A stretch of DNA of 64,000 nucleotides, taken from positions 224,001 through 288,000 of the forward strand of contig CAVOUE010000006.1 of assembly GCA_963699545.1 (NCBI GenBank). The letters run 5' to 3'. Numbering within the stretch: the stretch's first letter is position 1; the number at the start of each line of letters is the position of its first letter. A model generated the notes under the pieces. The model was not told the DNA's origin. It was given only the letters and a program-made list of their open reading frames with translations, and made no database searches. The translations under genes were made by a program, and so were the position numbers. The DNA comes from Nitrospirota bacterium (GTDB lineage Bacteria; Nitrospirota; Thermodesulfovibrionia; Thermodesulfovibrionales; UBA9159). Below, in pieces: positions 29,526 to 39,811 of the stretch.

Positions 29526-30143
29526 TCACAGCCTTCTCTGCATCGTAATGTTCCCGGTTTCGGATGTGGAACCCTTCCTCCCTGCACTCTGACCAAACTG
29601 TTTGTACGGGTTCAGAGCTTCCGCGTCGAAGAGGAGGCCTGCCTCGATAGAGGTCCGTGTCTCGTTCTGCCCGGAAGAGGTTGCAACAGCGATGATCACC
29701 TCATCGCTGTCATTGGTATAATCATTGTCAAACTCATCATTATCCTTAAGGTAGACCGTGTAGAACGCTTTCGTTTCCCCTGAATCTGCCCTGTCAGGAA
29801 ACAGTGCGGGGGATGCCCTGCCGGTAACAAAGAAGGTGAGGTCCCGATAGTCGGGACTGGTCTTATTCGAAGCAATTCCCAGCATCCCGCACCAGTCGGG
29901 TGGCTGGCATGAGCCCTTCCTGAGGCTGTCCCTCAATTGTTCGGTCCCTGTCACTGCCGTATAATAGGTCTGGTTCTTTTCCTTTGCCGTTGCGAGCATC
30001 CGGACGAACGTCGCCATCCTGTACGTGAGGGCAATGGCAAACAAAAGGAGCACTGCGGTGAGACAGAGGGCCGCCACCAGTGCGATGCCTTTCTCATTTC
30101 TCATATGGTTCACCATTTTCCCCTGATCCATCAGGGCCTCCAC
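29526..30143 (-). CDS. pilX: PilX-like minor pilin #2
   Basis: NEKG/IALVAALCLTAVLLLF; directly before pilY1 #2. Confidence 0.8.
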   Translation of the reverse strand: MEALMDQGKMVNHMRNEKGIALVAALCLTAVLLLFAIALTYRMATFVRMLATAKEKNQTYYTAVTGTEQLRDSLRKGSCQPPDWCGMLGIASNKTSPDYRDLTFFVTGRASPALFPDRADSGETKAFYTVYLKDNDEFDNDYTNDSDEVIIAVATSSGQNETRTSIEAGLLFDAEALNPYKQFGQSAGRKGSTSETGNITMQRRL

Positions 30144-31162
30144 AGACCCATATTCCTTACGTCCACTACCCGTGTAAGGAGCATCCTTTTAAAAGAATCT
30201 TTAAAGACCCTCGGCGGAAGATCGCCTGCCTGATAGCTCTCATTGTTCGTATACTCGCTGGCGGGAAAGCCCGCCCTCACGAGAAGGGAGATCCTTACGC
30301 TCCTGAGAGCGGGCAGGTCACTGGCAGTTATATGAGAGCGGAAGTTCCCGGGGTCTGTGGAAAGGACGTACTGAAACTGAAGGGCATCCACTCCGCCCCA
30401 CGCCCTGCCCGGGCCGGCTGTCTCGTCAAGGTCGAATGTTTCTCCGCTGTTGCCGCAGTTCCTGTTCCAGCCCGTTTCCTGCAATTCCCGCAACGCATTC
30501 ACGTCAAAGCGGTTCATCCTGACCGCATATACAAAGCTCTGCGCATTGATATCCTGGGCCAGCTGATTTTCACTCACCTCCAGCGTAAGCGGGTCATCGG
30601 CAAAGATCAATCTGCCGCCGGTCTTGGCGGAAACAGTGTAGATCGTACCGCTCCACTGATGAATCCCGTAGGGATATGCGGGCTTCAGAACATCAAAGGT
30701 CACCAGGGCCTTTGCATTGTTTTCGCCGTTGGGGTCGATAGAGGATGGGCTGACATTTGTCGTATTCACAGTTACGGAGGTGTCGTTTCTCTGCGCAGCG
30801 GCACGTATACGCAGATACGGCATGTGTGCGGCGTCCGTCTCGACAGGAAAGGCAGTGAGAAAAGTGACGGCATCGTAAGGGTCCCCGTCGGTGTGCGAGA
30901 GGGAGTTCACACCCTTTATGCCGCAAAAAGTGATAGAGGGGTTCGATCCGATGATGAAACCGGTCATTCTGATCTTTTCGGCCATGTAATCCATCAGGCG
31001 GTTGCCTCTTTCCGAGAGGACCTCGGTATCTTGTATGGATGACATCCTTGCGTTAAGGAAACTGAACGAAGGGTAAAGCAGCCCCATGAAGACGATGAAT
31101 ATGGTCACCGCGATCAGGAGTTCCACCAGGGTCGTTCCTCTTCTGCCGGATATGAGTACCAT
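30131..31162 (-). CDS. pilW: PilW-like minor pilin #2
   Basis: RRG/TTLVELLIAV; IRMTGF; VDALQFQY...VRISLLVR...VDVRN. Confidence 0.82.
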   Translation of the reverse strand: MVLISGRRGTTLVELLIAVTIFIVFMGLLYPSFSFLNARMSSIQDTEVLSERGNRLMDYMAEKIRMTGFIIGSNPSITFCGIKGVNSLSHTDGDPYDAVTFLTAFPVETDAAHMPYLRIRAAAQRNDTSVTVNTTNVSPSSIDPNGENNAKALVTFDVLKPAYPYGIHQWSGTIYTVSAKTGGRLIFADDPLTLEVSENQLAQDINAQSFVYAVRMNRFDVNALRELQETGWNRNCGNSGETFDLDETAGPGRAWGGVDALQFQYVLSTDPGNFRSHITASDLPALRSVRISLLVRAGFPASEYTNNESYQAGDLPPRVFKDSFKRMLLTRVVDVRNMGLWRP

Positions 31163-31163
31163 G

Positions 31164-31550
31164 TCATCGCGCCTTCTGGGCCGTCAGGGTGAACATTTTC
31201 GGCTGGTTATGATAGGTGTACCTCACGGTAACGGTGATGGTATCAAGATTTCCCATCTGCCGTACTGCCCATGACCTCGTCATGGTGACGCCATTGTCCA
31301 CGAGAGCAGAAGGATTCGAAAAGGAAGGCGCTGCATCCCCCATGAGAGAATCAAGCACGTCCGCGGCCATAGTCCGCGCCGCCACATTAAGATAATTCTC
31401 CCGATCGATGCTTGCTGCGGTTGTCAAGAGCGGCACCAGGGCGAGCAGCGAAATTGAAAAGATAAGAATGGCGAGGAGAACCTCTATGAGCGTAAAACCT
31501 CCTTCACTGCAGCGCAGCATCGGCCGTGTATTCTTTCTCGTCTCATCCAT
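31164..31550 (-). CDS. pilV: PilV-like minor pilin #2
   Basis: EGG/FTLIEVLLAILIFSISLLAL. Confidence 0.82.
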   Translation of the reverse strand: MDETRKNTRPMLRCSEGGFTLIEVLLAILIFSISLLALVPLLTTAASIDRENYLNVAARTMAADVLDSLMGDAAPSFSNPSALVDNGVTMTRSWAVRQMGNLDTITVTVRYTYHNQPKMFTLTAQKAR

Positions 31551-31601
31551 TCTTCCCCCATTGCAAGCTTTGTTGAGCTCACGAGAAAATGATTGTTGGG
31601 A

Positions 31602-31617
31602 AGCAATTACCGTGCCT
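31602..31617 (-). promoter_or_regulatory. Sigma54 -24/-12 promoter upstream of pilus cassette 2
   Basis: Minus strand AGGCACGGTAATTGCT (GG-N10-GC), about 50 nt upstream of the pilV start. Confidence 0.72.
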
Positions 31618-31950
31618 TCTTTTCCTTCTTCGTAACATAGCTATAAGTAATGGTTTTCCAGAATCAATATGAGTTGCATTATGAAATGTATTACCTAATA
31701 TGTGTACTATGTTTCACAGTGCAACGCTTAGACACTTAGTACTATCGACCTTTTGCTCTGCTCCTCCCTCGGGAATACGGTCCGCAGGGGCATTGTGCTT
31801 GCGGTCGGTGCCTTACCCCACCCTGTCCGCGCCTGTCATCGTGAGGGTTGTCGGGAAGAGAATAATAAGGAGGGGATCTGTTCTGATATTCTTGGGTCGA
31901 TGACAAAAGAGATAGCATTAAGTTATAATGAACACCAGGGGAGGGACCGC

Positions 31951-32121
31951 GTGAAAAATGCCGAAATCTGGGTATTTATTTTTATCCTCGGTCTTCTCGG
32001 TCTTAACTGGCCCCTCCTGGAAATCTTCCACACCTCCGTCGCAGCCTATCTCTTCGTCATCTGGATTCTTTTTATCATTCTGATCGCCGTCGGCGCGCGC
32101 AAGGAAAAGACCGATAGATGA
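31951..32121 (+). CDS. Small two-TM membrane peptide upstream of the SSS-kinase (CbrX-like position)
   Basis: GGAGG RBS, GTG start; 56 aa with two hydrophobic segments. Confidence 0.7.
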   Translation: MKNAEIWVFIFILGLLGLNWPLLEIFHTSVAAYLFVIWILFIILIAVGARKEKTDR

Positions 32122-32142
32122 GCCTCACGAAGAACTATAGGG

Positions 32143-35101
32143 ATGTTTGCACCATATAATCTTTTTGTCATTGTTTTAGGGTATCTCTTTCTCCTTTTTG
32201 CCGTTGCGTACTATGCGGAGAAAAAGGAAAAAAGAGGCAAGAGCATTGTCAACAACCCGTACATCTACTCTCTCTCCATGGCTGTGTATTGCACTTCATG
32301 GACCTTTTACGGGAGCGTGGGGAAGGCGGCGACATCAGGGTTATCCTTCCTCCCCATATACCTTGGGCCGACCCTCATGGCGGCCCTGTGGCTGGTCGTG
32401 CTCAGAAAGGTTGTGAGACTGGCAAAGGCCAACAGGATCACTTCATTATCCGACTTCATCGGCTCACGGTACGGCAAATCCCTCTCCCTCTCTTCCCTTG
32501 TCACTATTATCGCGGTCATCGGCATCACGCCCTACATCGGACTGCAGATCAAGGCGATCATCACCACGTTCACCATCATATCGGGTGAGACTACGGGGAG
32601 CGCGGCCGCCGGCCTCTTTATCACCTTTATCCTCGGCATCTTCGCCATCATCTTCGGCGCCAGGAGCCTCGACGCGTCCGAGCGCCACGGAGGGCTCGTC
32701 TTTGCCATCGCCTTCGAGTCCATTGTGAAGCTCGTGGCCTTCACTTTTGTGGGGATCTTTGTAACGTACAACCTTTTCAACGGCTTCGGTGACATCCTTG
32801 ACAGGATCAAGGATTCTGAACACTCTGTCCTGCTCTTCCTCGGGACAGGGACTGGAACGGAGTACCCGGAATGGATATCCCTCCTCTTCCTTTCCATGAT
32901 GGCCATAATGTTCCTGCCGAGGCAGTTTCAGATGGCGGTGGTCGAAAACTATGATGAACGCCACATCACCAAGGCGGCCTGGCTCTTTCCCCTCTATCTC
33001 TTCCTCATAAATATCTTTGTGCTCCCCATAGCCTTCGGCGGCCTCCTCCTGGGAGGCACCGCCAAGATGGCGGACTACTTTGTCCTCACCATGCCCCTGA
33101 ACCACGGGAACCGATACCTTTCTCTTTTCGCGTTTATCGGCGGTTTTTCCGCTGCGACGGGAATGGTCATTGTGGAGACGCTGGCGCTGGGCACCATGGT
33201 CATGAACAGCATCATCATGCCCGCTCTCATCAATTTCCATGACGCGCCCAGGTTCCCCGCAGTTGTTCTGAACATCAAGAGGCTTGTCATCCTCGGCATC
33301 GTTTACCTCGGGTACCTTTTCGCCATGTCTATCGCCGAGTTTTACAGCCTTGTGGATATCGGCCTGAAATCCTTCGAGGCGGTGAGCATCTTTGCCCCTG
33401 CCTTCTTCCTCGGCCTGTACTGGAAGAGAGGAACAAAGGCAGGGGCAGCAGCAGGGCTCCTCGCGGGGTTCATCGTCTGGTTCTATACCCTCATCGTCCC
33501 GGCGCTGATCAGGGCGGGCATCGTAAAAGAGATAGGATTTGTAGGGGCCCTGATGAATTCGGAGATACTGAACCCCAACAACCTCTTCGGGATCAAGGCC
33601 CTCGGCAAGTGGGGGAATTCCCTTTTCTGGGGCATGCTCTTTAATCTCGTCGCCTATGTGGGGGTCTCGGTATTCACACGACAGTCAAAGGAGGAAGAGA
33701 TCCAGTCCCTCATCTTCGTGGAGTCTTACGAGAGGGTCAAGGAACTTGCCCACGGGAGTTCTTACACGGTGAGGGACATCGAAGATATTCTCGCCCAGTA
33801 TATAGGCCGGGCAGAGGCGAAGGACATCATCCAGAGCTACCTTTCGAGAAAGAACAAGAGGGGGGACGAACTCACCTCACAGGAACTCTTTGAACTCCGT
33901 GATGAGGCGGAGAAAAACCTTTCCGGCGCTATCGGCTCCTCCATGGCCGCCATCATCTTTGAAGACAAACTCGTGCTGACAGAGAAAGAAAGAGGTGAAC
34001 TTTCCGAATCCATACGGAATATTACAGAGAGCCTGAGGTTCTCCCGCCAGGAACTTGCAGAGGCGAACAGAAATCTGGCGTATCTGAAAGAGTTCAGTGA
34101 AAACATCATAGAGAGCGCTCCTGCAGGTATTGTGACCATTGATGCTTCCCTTCTGGTGAAGTACTGGAACGGGGAAATGGAAACAGTGACAGGGATAAAA
34201 AAATCCGAGGCATCCAACAGGCCCATCGTCCGTCTGCTCCCTTGGATAACAAGGGAAACCCTCATGCAAAGCGAGCAAAGAGAGATGACGGTCCAGACCC
34301 CCTCCCTTCAGTCGTTCAAGATCAACATCAGTCCCTTCAAAGATCCTTCAGGCGGTTACGTGGTCATTTTGGAGGATATCACTGAGAAAAAGAAGATGGA
34401 GGAAAAACTCCTTCAGACCTCAAAACTTGCAAGTATCGGGAAGCTCACCGCAGGCATCTCCCATGAAATCGGCAATCCTCTTGCCTCCATATCCTCCCTC
34501 GTCCAGGAGATGAGATCCCTGGAACTGATGTCCGGGAATAATGTGGAGTTCACAATGGATGCCCTGAAGACAATCAACAGCCATCTTGAGAGGATCGCCA
34601 AGATCGTGAGAAGCCTCGGCGATTTTGCGCGGATATCATCCGCGGAGAAGACCGTTTCGAATATCTCGGACATCCTGGACCGCACCATCAACCTGGTGAA
34701 ATACGACAAGAGGTTCAAGCATATCAGGCTCGAAACGGATATTGGAGATATCCCGCCACTGAAGGTCAACCCCGACAAGATGCAGCAGGTCTTCCTTAAT
34801 CTCATTCTCAATGCCCTGGATGCGATGCCCGACGGGGGAAGTTCTCCATATCTCTATGGAACGGAGAGATTCCACGGTGGAGGTGGCCTTCAGCGATTCA
34901 GGCGCCGGCATTGATGAATCGGTGCAGGACAGGGTATTCGATCCGTTCTTTACCACCAAAACCCCGGGCAAGGGCACGGGATTAGGCCTCAGTATCTGTT
35001 ATGGTATAATCAGGGAACACAACGGGATCATTACCGTTAGAAGCAGAAAAGGAGAGGGGACAACATTTCTGATAAAACTCCCTGTAGAAAATAATGAATG
35101 A
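32143..35101 (+). CDS. Sodium:solute symporter-PAS-histidine kinase hybrid (CbrA/CrbS-like); indel near 34840
   Basis: YSLSMAVYCTSWTFYGSVG, FLPRQFQMAVVEN, PAS (IIESAPAGIVTID), H-box SHEIGNPL, N-box NLILNA, DSGAGI, GTGLGL. Confidence 0.9.
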
Positions 35102-36269
35102 ACGGCTGCTCATAGTGGAGGATGAGGAGACCCTGTGCGAGTCCCTGAAAAGGGTTCTCGTGCGGGAGGGTTACGTAGTGGATACCTTTAACAGCGCGGA
35201 GGCCGCCCTGGACATCTTCGAAGAGAGCTTCTACGACATCATCATCACCGACATCATCCTCCCGGGGATTACCGGAATAGAACTCCTGAAGAGGATAAAA
35301 GAACGCCTCCCCGAACAGATCGTGATCATCATGACAGCCTATGCCTCCCTTGAAACCGCAGTGGAGGCCCTCAGGACGGGCGCCTATGACTATGTGGTAA
35401 AGCCTGTAATGCACGAAGAAATAAAACAGATCGTCAAGAACGCCCTGAAGCAGGGCGCCCTCCAGGAGGAAAATGTCCTCCTGAGAGGCCAGATAGAGCG
35501 GGACTATGATTTCACACGGGTAATCGGAGAGAGTCCCGCAATGCAGAAGATCATGAGCGAGGTGAAAAGGGCTGCAGATGCGCGGGATAATGTTTTGCTT
35601 CTCGGGGAGTTAGGCACGGGGAAAGAACTCATCGCAAGGGCGATCCATTTTGGCGGTAACAGGGCCGGCAGTCCGTTCATCCCGGTAAACCTCAGCGCTA
35701 TTCCCGAAGACCTGCTGGAATCGAGGCTCTTCGGACACGTGAAGGGTGTTCTCCCCGATGCAGCAACTTCAAAAAAAGGACTATTTGAGGAGGCGAACGG
35801 GGGCACTATATTCCTTCGGGAAGTTGGGGTGCTGAGCCCTGCGCTACAGGCAAGGCTTGCCGAAGTTCTTGCGGAGCAGCACATACGGCCCGTGGGCGGG
35901 ACACAGGGGATGAAGGTCGATATCAGGTTCATTTCCGCAACGAACAGGGACATCGCCGGGGCGGTGAGGAGCGGCAGCTTCAGGGAGGATCTCTTTGCGA
36001 GAATAAACGGCACTTCCATACCCCTCCCTCCTCTCAGGGACCGGAGGGAAGATATAGAATCGCTTGCAGGGCATTTCATCAAGAAATACTCCGTAGCGTT
36101 CTGCAAGCCCGTGAAGGGCCTGGACAACGAAGCCTTGGCGCTCCTCCGCGGCTATCACTGGCCAGGGAACGTGAAGGAACTCCGGAACATTATTGAGCGG
36201 GCGGTTCTCGTAACGGACGATGGTGTCGTCAGAAGGAAACATCTGCCTGATCTCTCCCCTTCCCGGTAA
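35094..36269 (+). CDS. Degenerate NtrC-family response regulator (REC + AAA; no GAFTGA, no HTH)
   Basis: Receiver domain intact; GELGTGKE; GVLPDA in place of GAFTGA; FLREV in place of FLDEI; ends shortly after WPGNVKEL. Confidence 0.85.
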   Translation: MNERLLIVEDEETLCESLKRVLVREGYVVDTFNSAEAALDIFEESFYDIIITDIILPGITGIELLKRIKERLPEQIVIIMTAYASLETAVEALRTGAYDYVVKPVMHEEIKQIVKNALKQGALQEENVLLRGQIERDYDFTRVIGESPAMQKIMSEVKRAADARDNVLLLGELGTGKELIARAIHFGGNRAGSPFIPVNLSAIPEDLLESRLFGHVKGVLPDAATSKKGLFEEANGGTIFLREVGVLSPALQARLAEVLAEQHIRPVGGTQGMKVDIRFISATNRDIAGAVRSGSFREDLFARINGTSIPLPPLRDRREDIESLAGHFIKKYSVAFCKPVKGLDNEALALLRGYHWPGNVKELRNIIERAVLVTDDGVVRRKHLPDLSPSR

Positions 36270-36283
36270 ACAAAGCAAGAGAT

Positions 36284-38179
36284 ATGATTCTTGAAGATGT
36301 AATAAGTTTCCTGAAGAAAGAGCCTCCTTTCCAGTTTCTCGACGATGCCACACTGAAGTCTGTCGCAAAAAGCCTGTCCATGGAGTTCTATCCAAAAGGC
36401 ACGGTTATCCTGAAACAGGATGGTCCTCCAAGCGATTCCCTGAGAATTATCAAGAAGGGGGCGGTAAAGCTTCTCATGAGGTCAGAAGATGGAGACGATG
36501 TGCCCCTCGATTACCGGGGTGAAGGGGATTACTTCGGTTTCCTGTCCATGATCGGCGAGAGCCGGCAGAAGACGACCGCCCTTGCGGTGGATGACACCAT
36601 CTGTTACATTCTCAAAAAAGAGCGGGTCCTGAAGCTCATCGAGGCGAACCCTTCATTTTCAGAGTATTTTATGTCCTACCTTTCTCGGTTTATGGACAAG
36701 ACGTACGATGAGATGCACAGCAAGAGCCTCTTCTTCGCAGGCAGCGACCGGTACTTGTTCACCGCCAAGGCGGGCGATGTGGCCACAGAGGCTCACACAG
36801 TGGGAGAGGATGCGACGATACAGGAGGCAGCACAGCTGATGGCAAAGGATAAGATCAGCTCTTTAATAGTGCTCGATAAAAGGAACCTCCCTGCCGGCAT
36901 TGTGACGGACAAAGACCTGAGGGAGAAGGTGGTGGCAAAGGGGCGCAGCGTATCCGAGCCGGTAAAGAATATCATGACCATTTCCCTCATAAGGGTTGAT
37001 GCAGGGGACTCCTGCTTTGAAGCGGTGATGAAGATGATAAAGTACAACATCCACCATATGCTCGTCATAGAGGACGGCACCATGAAGGGAATGATGACCA
37101 ATCACGACCTGATGCTCCTCCAGGGCACGTCTCCTCTGTCCTTTGCTCATGACATAGAGAACCAGCAGACTATGGAGGGGCTTGTTCCCGTGTCAAAGAA
37201 AATAAATAATATCATCGGATTACTTCTCAGGGAGGGTGCAAGGGCGAGTAATATCACCAAGGCCATTACCGAGATCAACGACAGACTCATGAAAAAGATT
37301 CTTGAAATCGGGGAAAGGGTATGCGGACATCCGCCTGTTCCCTATTGCTGGATTGTGTTTGGAAGCGAAGGCAGGAAGGAACAGACCTTCAAGACTGACC
37401 AGGATAATGCAATCATTTATGCGGACCCGTCAACACCCGAAGAGGAAGAGGAGATCAGGAGGTACTTTTCGGCCTTCACCTCTTTTGTAAAGGACGGCCT
37501 CGCCGAGATCGGGTTCCCGCCCTGTCCTGCAGGATATATGGCGAGTAATCCACTGTGGTGCCAGCCTCTCAGGACGTGGAAAAGATATTTCTCCAACTGG
37601 ATCAATGAACCGATCCCGGATGCGGTGCTGAAGGCATTGATATTTTTTGACTTTAGACCTATCCATGGCAAATTCAGTCTCGCGGATGCATTGAAGGACT
37701 CCTTTTTATCGGGATTGCCAAACCAGGGAATCTTCCTCGGCCATATGGCGAACATCATCATAAAGAATACCCCGCCCATCGGGTTTCTCAAGTCATTTGT
37801 GGTGGAAAAAAGCGGTGAACATAAGGACGAACTTAACCTGAAAATAAAGGGGATCGCCCCGCTGGTGGACGTGGTGAGATTCTTTGCACTTGAAAGGGGA
37901 GTAAAGGAGACCTCCACCCTTGGAAGGATCCATGCATTGAAAGAGAGACATGCCATAGTGAAAGAGTACGCTGATGATATCGGGCATGCCCTTGAGTTCA
38001 TCATGCTCGTGAGGATTCAGCACCAGTATGAGCAGATAAAGGCAGGAAAGAAGCCTGATAATTTCATTAACCCTCATAATCTCAGCAACCTCGAAAAAAA
38101 GACAATACGGGAGGCCTTTCATCTCATCTCCAGGCTTCAGGGCATGATAGTGGAACGCTTTAAACCATTTATTAAGTAA
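36284..38179 (+). CDS. cNMP-binding/CBS-pair/DUF294 putative nucleotidyltransferase #1
   Basis: N-terminal cNMP domain, GIVTDKDLR (CBS), FGSEGRKEQTFKTDQDNAIIY, IFFDFRPI. Confidence 0.9.
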   Translation: MILEDVISFLKKEPPFQFLDDATLKSVAKSLSMEFYPKGTVILKQDGPPSDSLRIIKKGAVKLLMRSEDGDDVPLDYRGEGDYFGFLSMIGESRQKTTALAVDDTICYILKKERVLKLIEANPSFSEYFMSYLSRFMDKTYDEMHSKSLFFAGSDRYLFTAKAGDVATEAHTVGEDATIQEAAQLMAKDKISSLIVLDKRNLPAGIVTDKDLREKVVAKGRSVSEPVKNIMTISLIRVDAGDSCFEAVMKMIKYNIHHMLVIEDGTMKGMMTNHDLMLLQGTSPLSFAHDIENQQTMEGLVPVSKKINNIIGLLLREGARASNITKAITEINDRLMKKILEIGERVCGHPPVPYCWIVFGSEGRKEQTFKTDQDNAIIYADPSTPEEEEEIRRYFSAFTSFVKDGLAEIGFPPCPAGYMASNPLWCQPLRTWKRYFSNWINEPIPDAVLKALIFFDFRPIHGKFSLADALKDSFLSGLPNQGIFLGHMANIIIKNTPPIGFLKSFVVEKSGEHKDELNLKIKGIAPLVDVVRFFALERGVKETSTLGRIHALKERHAIVKEYADDIGHALEFIMLVRIQHQYEQIKAGKKPDNFINPHNLSNLEKKTIREAFHLISRLQGMIVERFKPFIK

Positions 38180-39526
38180 ATGAACGAACGACTTCTCATA
38201 GTGGAAGACGAAGAGACCTTGTGCGAATCCCTGAAAAGGGTGCTCGCAAGGGAAGGATATGAGGTGGATGCGGTCAAGAACGCAGAGGATGCGCTCGGCA
38301 GGACGGAGGAGGTAGTATACGACCTCATCATCACCGACATCCTTCTTCCGGGAATCGACGGCATCGAACTGCTCAGGAGGATACGGGTCAAAGCACCCGA
38401 CCAGATCGTGATCATCGTCACTGCGTACGCATCCATAGAAACCGCGGTGGGGGCCCTCAGGGCGGGCGCTTATGACTACGTAATAAAACCGATCATCCAT
38501 GAGGAAATAAGGCGCATCGTGAAAAATGCCCTGAGGGAAAGGTCTCTCGTGGCCGAAAACGTCATCCTCAGGAAACAGATAGAGGAGAAGTATGATTTTG
38601 AGAAGATGGTGGGTGAAAGCAAAGAGATCACCTCCCTGATCAGCGAAGTGAAAAAGATCGCAAATTCCAGGAGCAACGTCCTCCTCCTGGGAGAGACCGG
38701 CACGGGCAAAGAGCTGGTTGCAAGGGCTGTCCACTACAACAGCGCGCGGCTCGACAAACCCTTTGTTCCCATCAACTGCAGCGCGATCCCAGAAAACCTC
38801 CTTGAATCCGAGCTCTTCGGGTATGTGAAGGGCGCCTTTACCGGTGCCGCAGGCTCCAAGAGAGGGCTTTTTGAGGAGGCTAACGGCGGTACCGTTTTCC
38901 TTGACGAGATAGGAGAACTGAGCCAGCAACTCCAGGCAAAACTGCTCAGGGTGATCGATGACCACGAGGTGAGGCCTCTGGGCGGCGTCCAGTCCAGGAC
39001 CGTTGATGTAAGGTTCATTGCTGCGACGAATAGGGATATCGTAAAGGCGGTACAGGAAGGGATCTTCAGGGAGGACCTCTATTACAGGATAAATGTGGTG
39101 ACCATAACATTGCCTCCCCTGAGGGATCGGAAGGAGGATATACCCATCCTCGCAAGACATTTCCTGAAAAAATACTCCCAGGAGATAGGGAAGCCGGTCC
39201 AGTTCATTGACGACGCGGCGCTAAGACTTCTGATGAATTACAGTTGGCCGGGGAATGTGCGGGAACTGCACAATATTATCGAAAGAGCGGTGCTCATAAC
39301 CGACGGCAATACCGTCTTCCCCGAGCACCTGCCCGAGATGCTGAAGATCACCAACTCCTTCCTCTCAGAGGCGTTTAACAACATCCTCTCCATAGAAAAT
39401 TACACAAAGGAGTTTATCCTGAGGTACCAGTCCAGTTATCCCGAGCAGAAACTTGCGGACATGCTGGGGATCACAAGGAAATCCTTGTGGGAAAAAAGGA
39501 AAAGATGGCAAATTTCAAAGAAATAA
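38180..39526 (+). CDS. Sigma54-dependent response regulator (NtrC family), intact
   Basis: GETGTGKE, ESELFGYVKGAFTGA, FLDEIGEL, FREDLYYRINV, WPGNVREL, HTH LADMLGITRKSLWEK. Confidence 0.93.
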   Translation: MNERLLIVEDEETLCESLKRVLAREGYEVDAVKNAEDALGRTEEVVYDLIITDILLPGIDGIELLRRIRVKAPDQIVIIVTAYASIETAVGALRAGAYDYVIKPIIHEEIRRIVKNALRERSLVAENVILRKQIEEKYDFEKMVGESKEITSLISEVKKIANSRSNVLLLGETGTGKELVARAVHYNSARLDKPFVPINCSAIPENLLESELFGYVKGAFTGAAGSKRGLFEEANGGTVFLDEIGELSQQLQAKLLRVIDDHEVRPLGGVQSRTVDVRFIAATNRDIVKAVQEGIFREDLYYRINVVTITLPPLRDRKEDIPILARHFLKKYSQEIGKPVQFIDDAALRLLMNYSWPGNVRELHNIIERAVLITDGNTVFPEHLPEMLKITNSFLSEAFNNILSIENYTKEFILRYQSSYPEQKLADMLGITRKSLWEKRKRWQISKK

Positions 39527-39753
39527 ATGACCGTTACTTATATTCCCGTTTAGATCACTTATTGTTACTATTGGTGACATACATTAACTTAAAGAAAAAT
39601 ATGCACCTTTTCCATACCAGAAAAACTAATGTTACTTTTTGTGTCGTTAGTTTTCTTGCCCTAAAACTAAGGCTTCAGGCAAGCCTCCACAGGGATCCTC
39701 CTAAACCGTTTATTTTCATGATGTTCACCGGAAAGACAATATTGAAGGAATAA

Positions 39754-39769
39754 AGGCACATTCCTTGCA
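39754..39769 (+). promoter_or_regulatory. Sigma54 -24/-12 promoter for the DUF294 #2-exonuclease-DUF485-actP(-acs) genes
   Basis: AGGCACATTCCTTGCA (GG-N10-GC), about 43 nt before ATG 39812, preceded by an AT-rich spacer. Confidence 0.75.
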
Positions 39770-39811
39770 ATGTACCCTGCCGTAACCTATGGCAAAAAGT
39801 CAATAGAACAT

